Below the pieces are notes generated by a model, which did not search any database, had not been told where the DNA came from, and saw nothing but the letters and a program-made list of their open reading frames with translations. A DNA stretch of 32,000 bases from the sequence record OY979429.1, one strand, 5' to 3'. The number at the start of each line of letters is the position of its first letter. The stretch's first letter is position 1. This stretch comes from Klebsiella phage vB_Kpl_K32PH164C1. Position numbers and translations under genes: made by a program. Shown here one piece after another: positions 16,717 to 23,883 of the stretch.

Positions 16717-17193
16717 ATGGAAGAATTAAGACAGAAGATAAATCAAGAGCTAGTATGGGAAGCTAAATCCTTCCCCATTAATCAGTTCCTTAAACGCGAC
16801 GGTTCGATCAACCATAATAAGATAAAGCAGCTAAGGCCAGATTTCAGGCAAGATGCTAAGAACCTCATCTTTATTAACCGTGCTCTAGACGCTCATGGAG
16901 TATTCTTCGGATATGAGAAGCTAGTGTTTCACAGCCTAAATCAGCTGGTGGAAATATGGTGTCCCGACCATCAAGATTACTTTATGCAAACTGCTAGAAG
17001 CCACCTTGAGGGTAACGGTTGCCAAAAATGCAGGCACCGCATGGTTACCAGAGTTACGGATTATGGAAGTTACACCGTGCCAGCATACTATCACAAATTT
17101 TCAATTGACGGAGACTCCATTATTTGGTATAATAACTCCAGTAAATTGATAAAACCTTTGGAGGTTAAAGATGAAATACGATTCCCTGAATAA
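16717..17193 (+). CDS. hypothetical protein with HNH/zinc-finger-like segment (CPDHQDYFMQTARSHLEGNGCQKCRH)
   Basis: ORF 158 aa with C..H...CxxC pattern. Confidence 0.65.
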   Translation: MEELRQKINQELVWEAKSFPINQFLKRDGSINHNKIKQLRPDFRQDAKNLIFINRALDAHGVFFGYEKLVFHSLNQLVEIWCPDHQDYFMQTARSHLEGNGCQKCRHRMVTRVTDYGSYTVPAYYHKFSIDGDSIIWYNNSSKLIKPLEVKDEIRFPE

Positions 17194-17572
17194 TCCGAGC
17201 ACCAACTATCTGACTGACCAGTCAGTCTCTGAGATCAAGTTCCATCCAAACTACTCCCCGGACTCTAGCAAGCCGAGTGTAGCAGCTATCTCCTTCCGCT
17301 TCCGCAACCTGCGCTTTACGTTCGTGGGCGAAGAAGCTAAGATGATCGCTATAATTGACAAGGTTAAAGCGGTAAGCGAGCTATCTGGTAGCGATACCGT
17401 TAAGTTCGAAGCATTAACCTCGTTACTGCTGACTAACGGTGCCACGGTTGAGAAGTTCGAACTTATTCAGCCGCATGTTTCTGCATTGACTAACTCCAGA
17501 AATATCTGGGATCAAGCCAATGTCGAGAGTCTCATAAAATGGGATAGTGCTACAGAGTTCTACAACAAGTAA
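17171..17572 (+). CDS. hypothetical protein
   Basis: ORF, overlaps upstream stop. Confidence 0.7.
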   Translation: MKYDSLNNPSTNYLTDQSVSEIKFHPNYSPDSSKPSVAAISFRFRNLRFTFVGEEAKMIAIIDKVKAVSELSGSDTVKFEALTSLLLTNGATVEKFELIQPHVSALTNSRNIWDQANVESLIKWDSATEFYNK

Positions 17573-17584
17573 GAGGGCTAGGAT

Positions 17585-18094
17585 ATGTTATTCTGTACAG
17601 TTGATTTTGAAGAAGCTAACGAAACGTACATTGTCTACGGCATGTCTGAAAACAAAGTACGTATCCTGTGGAATCAGTTCCAAGTAGAAGTACCGGACGA
17701 CATATCCAAGACTCCGAAAGACTTCTTTCATTTAATAGATATTAAGGCAGTAAAAGCTCGTAAGAAGCTAACTCCTTACGCATTCCCAGGTGCAGTATTC
17801 GTCCATGAGTTAACAGCGTATACTAACGTGGTTCTCAAAAAGTCTCGACAGCACCCGGGCTATCTCACGATGTTGACGTACAAAGTTGGAGCTATTCACG
17901 ACGGTGAGCTGGTGGTTCGTGTAGACGAACGGCTGCAGCAAGAAGTAGAAGAAATGATTAGGCAGTGCCAAAATAAAGCAGAATTAAAACAAAGAGCACG
18001 CTTATTCGACATGGCAGCACCTAGCGAGGCAGTTGCCGCATATCACGGCTTTTATAAAGAAATAGATGAATCCGATGAAGATTTCTTTATGTAA
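17585..18094 (+). CDS. hypothetical protein (169 aa)
   Basis: ORF, AGGAT upstream. Confidence 0.75.
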   Translation: MLFCTVDFEEANETYIVYGMSENKVRILWNQFQVEVPDDISKTPKDFFHLIDIKAVKARKKLTPYAFPGAVFVHELTAYTNVVLKKSRQHPGYLTMLTYKVGAIHDGELVVRVDERLQQEVEEMIRQCQNKAELKQRARLFDMAAPSEAVAAYHGFYKEIDESDEDFFM

Positions 18095-18106
18095 GAGGAT
18101 AACACA

Positions 18107-18427
18107 ATGAACGAGAAATATGAAGTATGGACTCCGGTTGGGGAGAATTGTAGCTATCTTCTTCGTACCCTGTGTACTCGGGAAGATGGCAAACCTTTCG
18201 CAGAGTACTTGAGCGAATGCCACGCTAAGGCCCAGCAGGACAACCCGCTATTCAAGATCAGAGGCGAGGATATCCTCAAAGTTAACGGCGTGCCGTACAC
18301 GCCAGTGGACAGTTTCGCCGCTCTTCAGGTGTTTAAGGAACACAGAGAGCGGGAGCACCGTAGGATGATTGAACGCCTGACAGGTAGAGAGCCGTTCTCA
18401 CATTCTAGGTGGAGTGAGGAGACATAA
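18107..18427 (+). CDS. hypothetical protein
   Basis: ORF, coupled to next gene. Confidence 0.7.
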   Translation: MNEKYEVWTPVGENCSYLLRTLCTREDGKPFAEYLSECHAKAQQDNPLFKIRGEDILKVNGVPYTPVDSFAALQVFKEHREREHRRMIERLTGREPFSHSRWSEET

Positions 18428-18732
18428 TGAATTTAATAAACGTCAAGGGTCCACATGCTTCTGATAAAGAGTACGTGGTTCTATCGGATATATCAGCAGG
18501 GGAGATTCTAGCGTTGTGGAGGGAAGCGGTACATAAGTATACTACTGAGTACCCTTCTCATTATCTACCATTAAATCGCTGGCTGTCTCTAATGGGATAC
18601 ACCTTCTGCTACACTACCCCAATGGAAGAGTTCGCAGAAGAAAATTCTAAAGCCAAAGAAAATAAAAAAGCTAGAGAGAAGCGAAAAATGAGCGTGACAA
18701 GCTCTCTAGGGGAGTCTAGTGCAGATCTATGA
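18427..18732 (+). CDS. hypothetical protein
   Basis: ORF, ATGA overlap with next gene. Confidence 0.7.
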   Translation: MNLINVKGPHASDKEYVVLSDISAGEILALWREAVHKYTTEYPSHYLPLNRWLSLMGYTFCYTTPMEEFAEENSKAKENKKAREKRKMSVTSSLGESSADL

Positions 18733-19511
18733 ATAACAGACCAGAGAAGTTACAACACATATTTAACCTAGTTAAAAGTGTTAATCAGAAGAAGCTATCA
18801 GAGCTTCAACCGGAAGAGTATCAGGCAGTAATGTTTTGTTGCTCGGCAATGCCAGCTATCCTAGATGGTACTAGAGCTAAGTATCTTAAAGACGGCAAGA
18901 ATACAACGTTTCAACCTGAATACATGTTCTTTCGTAAAAATATTCAGGCCGTTGTGGGCGGAGATGTTACAGGATTCCAGAATGGTAAATCATTGCCACA
19001 CATCTTTATTGATGTTGAGCCTAGAACACCTCAGTTCACGAAAGACTGGAAAGATGCTTTGGATTCTTTCCCATCTGATAAGGTTCCTTATAAACCTAAC
19101 GATGAGACATTTGCACACCTACCATATTTAAAACACCCTGGGTTCGTAGCCTCCGATCCAGAAGCTAAGGTAAACCTTTCAGGCTTCATACCAGCTGATG
19201 AAGATATAGCATTTCCACTTGTGAGAACAGCTATTCGAATCCAACGCAACAAAGATCTAGACGCTCAGGATATGGCAGTAATAGCGTTAGTTAAACATAT
19301 GGACCACTATCTCCAAGTCAAGAGAATTGCAACTAGTTTATGTGTCCTAGAGGCTTACGAAGTTATTAGCGAATCGGAGCTAGATGGCGAGTTGCCTAAA
19401 GGATCTATCAACCCATCAGAAGTTGCCCACCTAGGATTATCTCACGAAGCACTATTCTTAGGACTCCTGAAAACAGGACGTTTCTACAGAATACCTCCCA
19501 AATCTCTCTAA
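18729..19511 (+). CDS. hypothetical protein (260 aa)
   Basis: Long ORF, last + strand gene before the repeat-rich region. Confidence 0.8.
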   Translation: MNNRPEKLQHIFNLVKSVNQKKLSELQPEEYQAVMFCCSAMPAILDGTRAKYLKDGKNTTFQPEYMFFRKNIQAVVGGDVTGFQNGKSLPHIFIDVEPRTPQFTKDWKDALDSFPSDKVPYKPNDETFAHLPYLKHPGFVASDPEAKVNLSGFIPADEDIAFPLVRTAIRIQRNKDLDAQDMAVIALVKHMDHYLQVKRIATSLCVLEAYEVISESELDGELPKGSINPSEVAHLGLSHEALFLGLLKTGRFYRIPPKSL

Positions 19512-19580
19512 TCTCAAAAGCAGGGTTTCCACGCCCTGCTCCTCCGCCATAGCAGAAATTCAAACTCTTATGAAATGTTC

Positions 19581-19610
19581 TTGACAAATATTTTGAGCAC
19601 ATGGTATAAT
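19581..19610 (+). promoter_or_regulatory. sigma70-like promoter TTGACA-18-TATAAT with no ORF downstream
   Basis: -35 19581-19586, -10 19605-19610. Confidence 0.85.
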
Positions 19611-19641
19611 AATCTCATAGATTACATACAATTCTTAATTT

Positions 19642-19773
19642 ATGTAGCTAGGCGAAGATTATCCCAGATCCTCGATCGTCTCCCAGTTCACTGGTGTGGC
19701 GACGCGGGGCATCTGGACTACGCATAATCTACAGAGCCTAGCTCGCTACATCAAGAGAAATAGGGGAACCTAT
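19642..19773 (+). ncRNA. candidate structured non-coding RNA
   Basis: Nested helices ATGTAGC/GCTACAT (19642-48/19745-51), TAGGC/GCCTA (19649-53/19736-40), AGATTAT/ATAATCT (19656-62/19724-30), CCAGAT/ATCTGG (19664-69/19711-16), CGTC/GACG (19677-80/19701-04), CCAG-TTCA-CTGG (19683-94), then ATAGG-GGAA-CCTAT (19760-73). Confidence 0.6.
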
Positions 19774-19911
19774 AACTAAAATAAATAACACAATAAAAGA
19801 AACTAAGGAAACGTGGGAATGAACTCACGATTACTCACGTTTAAAAGTAGGTAATCCTTACACACCATCGTTTCGCGGCTCTAGGGTTGAACTCTAGTCA
19901 TCTTTCTATAC

Positions 19912-19959
19912 AGGGCGGTTATCTACCAACACCTAAGGGGAGGGCGGTTATTTTCCAAC
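19912..19959. repeat. two copies of AGGGCGGTTATNTNCCAAC, 29 bp apart
   Basis: 19912-19930 and 19941-19959. Confidence 0.75.
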
Positions 19960-19984
19960 TCACTTTCTCGGAAAGCAATTCCTA

Positions 19985-20120
19985 GAAACTCACACAATTC
20001 CACGAAGTTCCACACATCCCACGAAGTCCTCACACATCTCCACATTAAAACGCTAGCTTCCCAAGTCCTAAGCGTCACTCCACAAAGTCCTCACGAAGTT
20101 CCCACACAAACTCACGTCAT
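19985..20120. repeat. degenerate ~20-bp-phased repeats of CACGAAGTYCYNCACA type
   Basis: CACGAAGTTCCACACATCC, CACGAAGTCCTCACACATC, CACAAAGTCCTCACGAAGTTCCCACAC. Confidence 0.6.
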
Positions 20121-20151
20121 TCGCCTAAGTTCTAGGCGTCACAAAATATCA

Positions 20152-20247
20152 TCGGATTTGCACTAACCTCTAGCTATGTCGGATATGCACATATAAAAAC
20201 TACTATCGGATATGCACATATAAAAACTACTATCGGATATGCACATA
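20152..20247. repeat. iteron cluster TCGGATWTGCACATA; 3 perfect copies at exact 27-bp spacing plus 1 degenerate
   Basis: TCGGATATGCACATA at 20179, 20206, 20233; TCGGATTTGCACTAA at 20152. Confidence 0.92.
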
Positions 20248-20497
20248 TATACTAGCAAACGGTAGCTGTGGATCAAAATCTTCGATTCTGCGAATATAAA
20301 ATATCTCCTGAAATTTCAAGCCTTTTTACACGGTGTGTCACCGTGAGTTCGCTTGTTTTTTAGAGCCACAGGAATTTTTTCTGTGTCAACCCCTTTACCC
20401 CCATTTAACTCATAATATTTTCCCTTATCTGCCCCCTGCCCCCATCATCCCCGAATTGCCCCAATTAACCCCGTTTATCCCTCCCCAAAAATACCCA

Positions 20498-20710
20498 TCG
20501 GATTTGCACATACTCTCCCAGACTCGCGCCCACCGCTGCGCCGCAGCAAACTGCGCGCTACTATATTTACTAGCTGTATCGGTTTTGCACATATTAGTGT
20601 CGGATTTGCACATGCCCCCAGGGCGGTAAAAATAAATTTTCATCGGATTTGCACATACCCTAGCAGCCTCACGTAATATTTTGCTTGACAAATTGTCGGA
20701 TTCGCACATA
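20498..20710. repeat. five further TCGGATTTGCACATA-type copies (20498, 20579, 20600, 20643, 20696)
   Basis: 14-15 of 15 matches to TCGGATTTGCACATA in each. Confidence 0.9.
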
Positions 20711-20740
20711 AGCGCAGGAAGGGCCGGGGGTCGGAAATGC

Positions 20741-20837
20741 AAATACGAATGAGAACGATTCGCATTTGAGAAGTTGAATGCGAATGAGAATGATTTGCGT
20801 TTACCGAGCTGAATGCGAATGAGAATGATTCGCATTT
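20741..20837. repeat. three 27-nt copies of GAATGCGAATGAGAATGATTCGCATTT at 35-bp spacing
   Basis: 20741-20767, 20776-20802, 20811-20837; each roughly palindromic. Confidence 0.9.
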
Positions 20838-20930
20838 CGGAAAGGAAGTGAGAAACACTATCATTTAAGTTATCCCCAGAGTTATACAAAATTGTAAATT
20901 AGGTTGACGCCTCAATCGATCGGTAGCGAG

Positions 20931-20939
20931 TTATCCACA
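20931..20939 (+). promoter_or_regulatory. DnaA-box consensus TTATCCACA
   Basis: Exact 9-mer; near-matches TTATCCCCA at 20872 and TTATTAACA at 20944. Confidence 0.7.
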
Positions 20940-20940
20940 G

Positions 20941-21049
20941 ACTTATTAACAGGTTATCCTACTGGTTATTTATACAGTAGTTCCCGGCAACACTTTCTGC
21001 TAATGTCGATTTTAAGGGGTCTAGGAAGCGTTCTAAGCGATTTAAATTT
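20941..21049 (+). repeat. left arm of diverged long inverted repeat
   Basis: ACAGGTTATCCTACTG (20949-20964) ... TTCTAAGCGATTTAAATTT; reverse complement recurs at 23205-23320. Confidence 0.75.
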
Positions 21050-21211
21050 GGGGGAGGTATTTTAGTAAGGGGTCACGCGGTGGAGGAGGGCGGCGACATT
21101 CCTACATATCGCCGTGGAAACACTCAGGCCAAAAATGGTTTACAACTGAAACTATTACCAGGGTAATGATTGCGCTAATAACTATCACGCCCAAAAACAT
21201 TAGGCCGCTCA

Positions 21212-21376
21212 TTATTGGCAGCTCTGCAAAAAGACTAGGGTCATAATAATAACCATGATGACACGAAAACCCCACTCACCGCCGCCACCGCCTTTCTTCC
21301 GACCATCACGAATAACATTCAATTGGTAAACGTTATGGCTACGGCTTTTGGGGCTACCACCGCGCAAAGTTCTCAT
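21212..21376 (-). CDS. 54-aa basic/Gly-rich protein with C-terminal hydrophobic segment
   Basis: Manual translation MRTLRGGSPKSRSHNVYQLNVIRDGRKKGGGGGEWGFRVIMVIIMTLVFLQSCQ; perfect AAGGAGG SD 7 nt upstream; not in ORF track. Confidence 0.65.
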   Translation of the reverse strand: MRTLRGGSPKSRSHNVYQLNVIRDGRKKGGGGGEWGFRVIMVIIMTLVFLQSCQ

Positions 21377-21489
21377 TAAAAAGCCTCCTTATTAAATAAT
21401 ACGTCATAAAGGGCATACCCGCAAAAAGCGATAAAGCCCAAAACCATCATAGAACCGACTAAACCGAGCGCCAACATTGAAAAAGCCAT
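21376..21489 (-). CDS. 37-aa membrane microprotein
   Basis: Manual translation MAFSMLALGLVGSMMVLGFIAFCGYALYDVLFNKEAF; AGGAGA SD; stop overlaps next start (TAATG). Confidence 0.65.
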   Translation of the reverse strand: MAFSMLALGLVGSMMVLGFIAFCGYALYDVLFNKEAF

Positions 21490-21635
21490 TTTTCGATCTC
21501 CTATGTGAATGAGCTATTATAATAACATACCCTAGCCGAAAAGGAACTACTATTTTTAGTAGGTAGACAACTTTATCCCTCTCCCCTATTATTAACCCCG
21601 TTCCCTAGTAGGGAGCCAGCAGGCGAAAATTTTGT

Positions 21636-21665
21636 TTGCTAACCTGCCTGAAAATCTGGTACAAT
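21636..21665 (+). promoter_or_regulatory. putative pre-early promoter TTGCTA-18-TACAAT
   Basis: Upstream of the 21697 gene. Confidence 0.6.
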
Positions 21666-21696
21666 AGATTTTCAGTTACAAAAGGAGTAACAAGAA

Positions 21697-22104
21697 ATGT
21701 TACAGAAATTTACCCCCGTTGCTAATTTGCCTATGGTTCGCGGTGGCGCTCGCAACCTGTTAGATGGTAGTAAATGCGCCTCTATCGGTCATATTTTGGG
21801 CGTTTACCGCTCGAATATGGAAAGTAGAACCAGCCGCGCTTTTGAACACAGCCGCGACTACGTTCTAGCCAACCCCGGCGCGGCGATTGTTATCTATCAC
21901 GAAGATCAATATCTGGTTGACAGCCAGCCAATTGATCTGATAGTATCTACTACTATGGACGCTTATTTGTATAAGGCGTCAGAAGGTAAGCAAGCGTCGA
22001 GACGTTTTTGCTACCATGAAAGCGAACTGCTCGCTTTCACCGATGCCCGCGCATGGATTAAAAACCTATGTGATCATCTGGAACTGTTACCCGGATACAG
22101 ATGA
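21697..22104 (+). CDS. hypothetical pre-early protein (135 aa)
   Basis: ATG with AAAGGAG upstream. Confidence 0.8.
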   Translation: MLQKFTPVANLPMVRGGARNLLDGSKCASIGHILGVYRSNMESRTSRAFEHSRDYVLANPGAAIVIYHEDQYLVDSQPIDLIVSTTMDAYLYKASEGKQASRRFCYHESELLAFTDARAWIKNLCDHLELLPGYR

Positions 22105-22105
22105 T

Positions 22106-22438
22106 ATGCTGGGAATCCCCTTGAGGATTATCGGGGTATATGGCTATGGCTTTGATATCTGTATTGGTGATAGTAGCTTTGAAATCGACTGCGCATCCGG
22201 CGCTACCGAAATCGAAGTATACCTGATCAGTTTAGGCTCGCTAACGTTTTTGGATACGCCACCAGCGGAACCGGAACCGGAACCGGAACCGGAAAAGCCG
22301 GAGGTAAAAACGTCCGTTATTGTTAGTTCGCTAACTATGGATGAGCTGGCGGATATCGTGTCAACGTATGACGAAATTCACGCCGACGCGATTAAAGAGC
22401 TAAACAACCGGCTTGATACTTTCCGCGATAAGCTGTAG
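22106..22438 (+). CDS. hypothetical protein with (EP)n linker
   Basis: ATG 22106 coupled to the upstream stop; PAEPEPEPEPEKPE encoded by tandem ccggaa. Confidence 0.65.
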   Translation: MLGIPLRIIGVYGYGFDICIGDSSFEIDCASGATEIEVYLISLGSLTFLDTPPAEPEPEPEPEKPEVKTSVIVSSLTMDELADIVSTYDEIHADAIKELNNRLDTFRDKL

Positions 22439-22530
22439 TTTATTATTTCCGGCGGCTAAATCCATAGCCGCCCCCATTAATGGAGAAAACCATGTTTCAT
22501 ATTGAGGAAGGTTAGCGGGGTCGTATACCT

Positions 22531-22878
22531 ATGATTTACATCTATGTCAACAAATATTTTCTGGCCCACTATAAAACGATGGAGACCGTGATCCAGTACG
22601 TTAGCCGCCAGAATGCAAGGCATATTGATGAAGTGGCTACTCTTAAAATCGGATTGCGTGGCGATCCTATCAATATTAGCTGGCCTTTACTAATTTTGAT
22701 TTGTCGCGATCTGGTAGTGGGTAAACCTATTTCCGTTTCCGCGCTGGGGGAGTCTTACCCGCTTTCTGATGATCTGGATCTCTATGATCTGCTAACCAAA
22801 TATAAAACTGAACGCCTGTTTTATCGTGGCGGGTCAGTATGTTCTAGTGGGTCAGCAATTGAAATGGTATTTCGATAA
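22531..22878 (+). CDS. hypothetical pre-early protein (115 aa)
   Basis: ORF coupled to next gene (TAATG). Confidence 0.7.
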   Translation: MIYIYVNKYFLAHYKTMETVIQYVSRQNARHIDEVATLKIGLRGDPINISWPLLILICRDLVVGKPISVSALGESYPLSDDLDLYDLLTKYKTERLFYRGGSVCSSGSAIEMVFR

Positions 22879-23117
22879 TGGAAAAGATACGTGTATTAGT
22901 TAGCACGCAAAGGGTTATCAATAATACTTACGCGGTGGATTTAACCCCGGAGGAGTACGCGAAACTTGCCGCCCCTATCACTAATCACGAGTGTGATATT
23001 TTGCCCGCTATTAGTGAATTGCGAAATCATAAGTCTGCTAAGTTATGGGACGAATGGTGGACGGAAGAAGCGCCTGTTTCATTTACTGACCATGATAACA
23101 TTACCTATACGGAATAG
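22878..23117 (+). CDS. hypothetical pre-early protein (79 aa)
   Basis: ORF followed by terminator. Confidence 0.7.
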   Translation: MEKIRVLVSTQRVINNTYAVDLTPEEYAKLAAPITNHECDILPAISELRNHKSAKLWDEWWTEEAPVSFTDHDNITYTE

Positions 23118-23131
23118 TTAGCAAACGAATT

Positions 23132-23163
23132 AAAAGCCTGCTTATAATGAGCGGGCTTTTTTG
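23132..23163 (+). terminator. rho-independent terminator
   Basis: GCCTGCT/AGCGGGC hairpin followed by TTTTTT. Confidence 0.8.
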
Positions 23164-23204
23164 TTCTCTACGCCCCACCAGCAATGGCCTTTAATATGGC
23201 TTCT

Positions 23205-23320
23205 AAATTTAAAGCGCTTAGAATGCGTTACAGAGCGTTCTAGGGGCATATTAGAGTATTACCGCTGCGGGAATATACTGTATATTTATACAGTAGGATA
23301 ACCTGTGGATAAGTCTGGGG
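23205..23320 (-). repeat. right arm of diverged long inverted repeat
   Basis: CAGTAGGATAACCTGT (23293-23308) is the exact reverse complement of 20949-20964; similarity extends over ~110 bp. Confidence 0.75.
23306..23314 (-). promoter_or_regulatory. DnaA-box consensus (TGTGGATAA)
   Basis: Exact reverse complement of TTATCCACA. Confidence 0.65.
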
Positions 23321-23506
23321 ATATCTCATTAAACCGCTTCTCAGCTTGTCAAGTTATTTTGTGCTGTGTATAACTTGCCCAATAAACAAGAGTACAGCAT
23401 AAAATAAACGCAAGCATTATTTCGTGTTTTCATAAAAATAATCGTTTGTCTAGTAGATAACTAATTAAATTTCATTTTTGCTTTTTGTATAAGTTATCAA
23501 CAGGGT

Positions 23507-23542
23507 CTAAAACGCTTTAGAATCGATTCTAAGCGGTTTTAG
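23507..23542. repeat. 36-bp near-perfect palindrome CTAAAACGCTTTAGAATCGATTCTAAGCGGTTTTAG
   Basis: 15 of 18 positions pair, centre ATCGAT. Confidence 0.85.
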
Positions 23543-23883
23543 ATAAAAGCCGATGAATCATACCGGGTATGAGGCGATCTCCTCACCTCGTGTGAAATAG
23601 ATTTTGTCAACCCCTTTTGAAGAAAAATAGTAAAAATATTCGTTGACTTTCTTTAAATATTGTGCCACGTGCTCGCGCTTCCTATTCATGGTGGGCCTGT
23701 TTGCTCTTTACGCTTCTTTACAATTCTCCGCTTGCCTCAAAAGTCGGAATGACCTATTATTTATCTCGTAGGACGGCAACAACGAACTACAAGGCGGAAA
23801 ACATCCCGCCCCGCTCTTTAAAAAATTGGGATTCTATAAAAAAGCGTTATCGGCTTTCTTTACTTTATAAGGGAACCGAAAAC

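Noticed and set aside
1-19511. Known anti-defence or toxin-antitoxin system
   Set aside because: I looked for recognisable RM, BREX, CBASS, TA or anti-CRISPR signatures in the small ORFs and found none I could support from sequence alone. Several small ORFs remain functionally unknown.
20152-20710. Possible CRISPR array
   Set aside because: The 27-bp periodic units have near-identical spacers, are too short and irregularly spaced elsewhere, and no cas genes are present. This fits iterons, not CRISPR.
20425-20889. 154-aa minus-strand ORF with repeated MCKSD-like peptides
   Set aside because: The peptide repeats only reflect the TCGGATTTGCACATA iterons read in reverse, composition is not protein-like, and three overlapping ORFs in other frames (20333, 20640) exist for the same reason.
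23662-23883. N-terminal extension of the tracked 129-aa ORF
   Set aside because: Non-ATG start in a repeat-rich leader. The internal ATG at 23884 gives a gene-like 55-aa product, so the extension is probably spurious.
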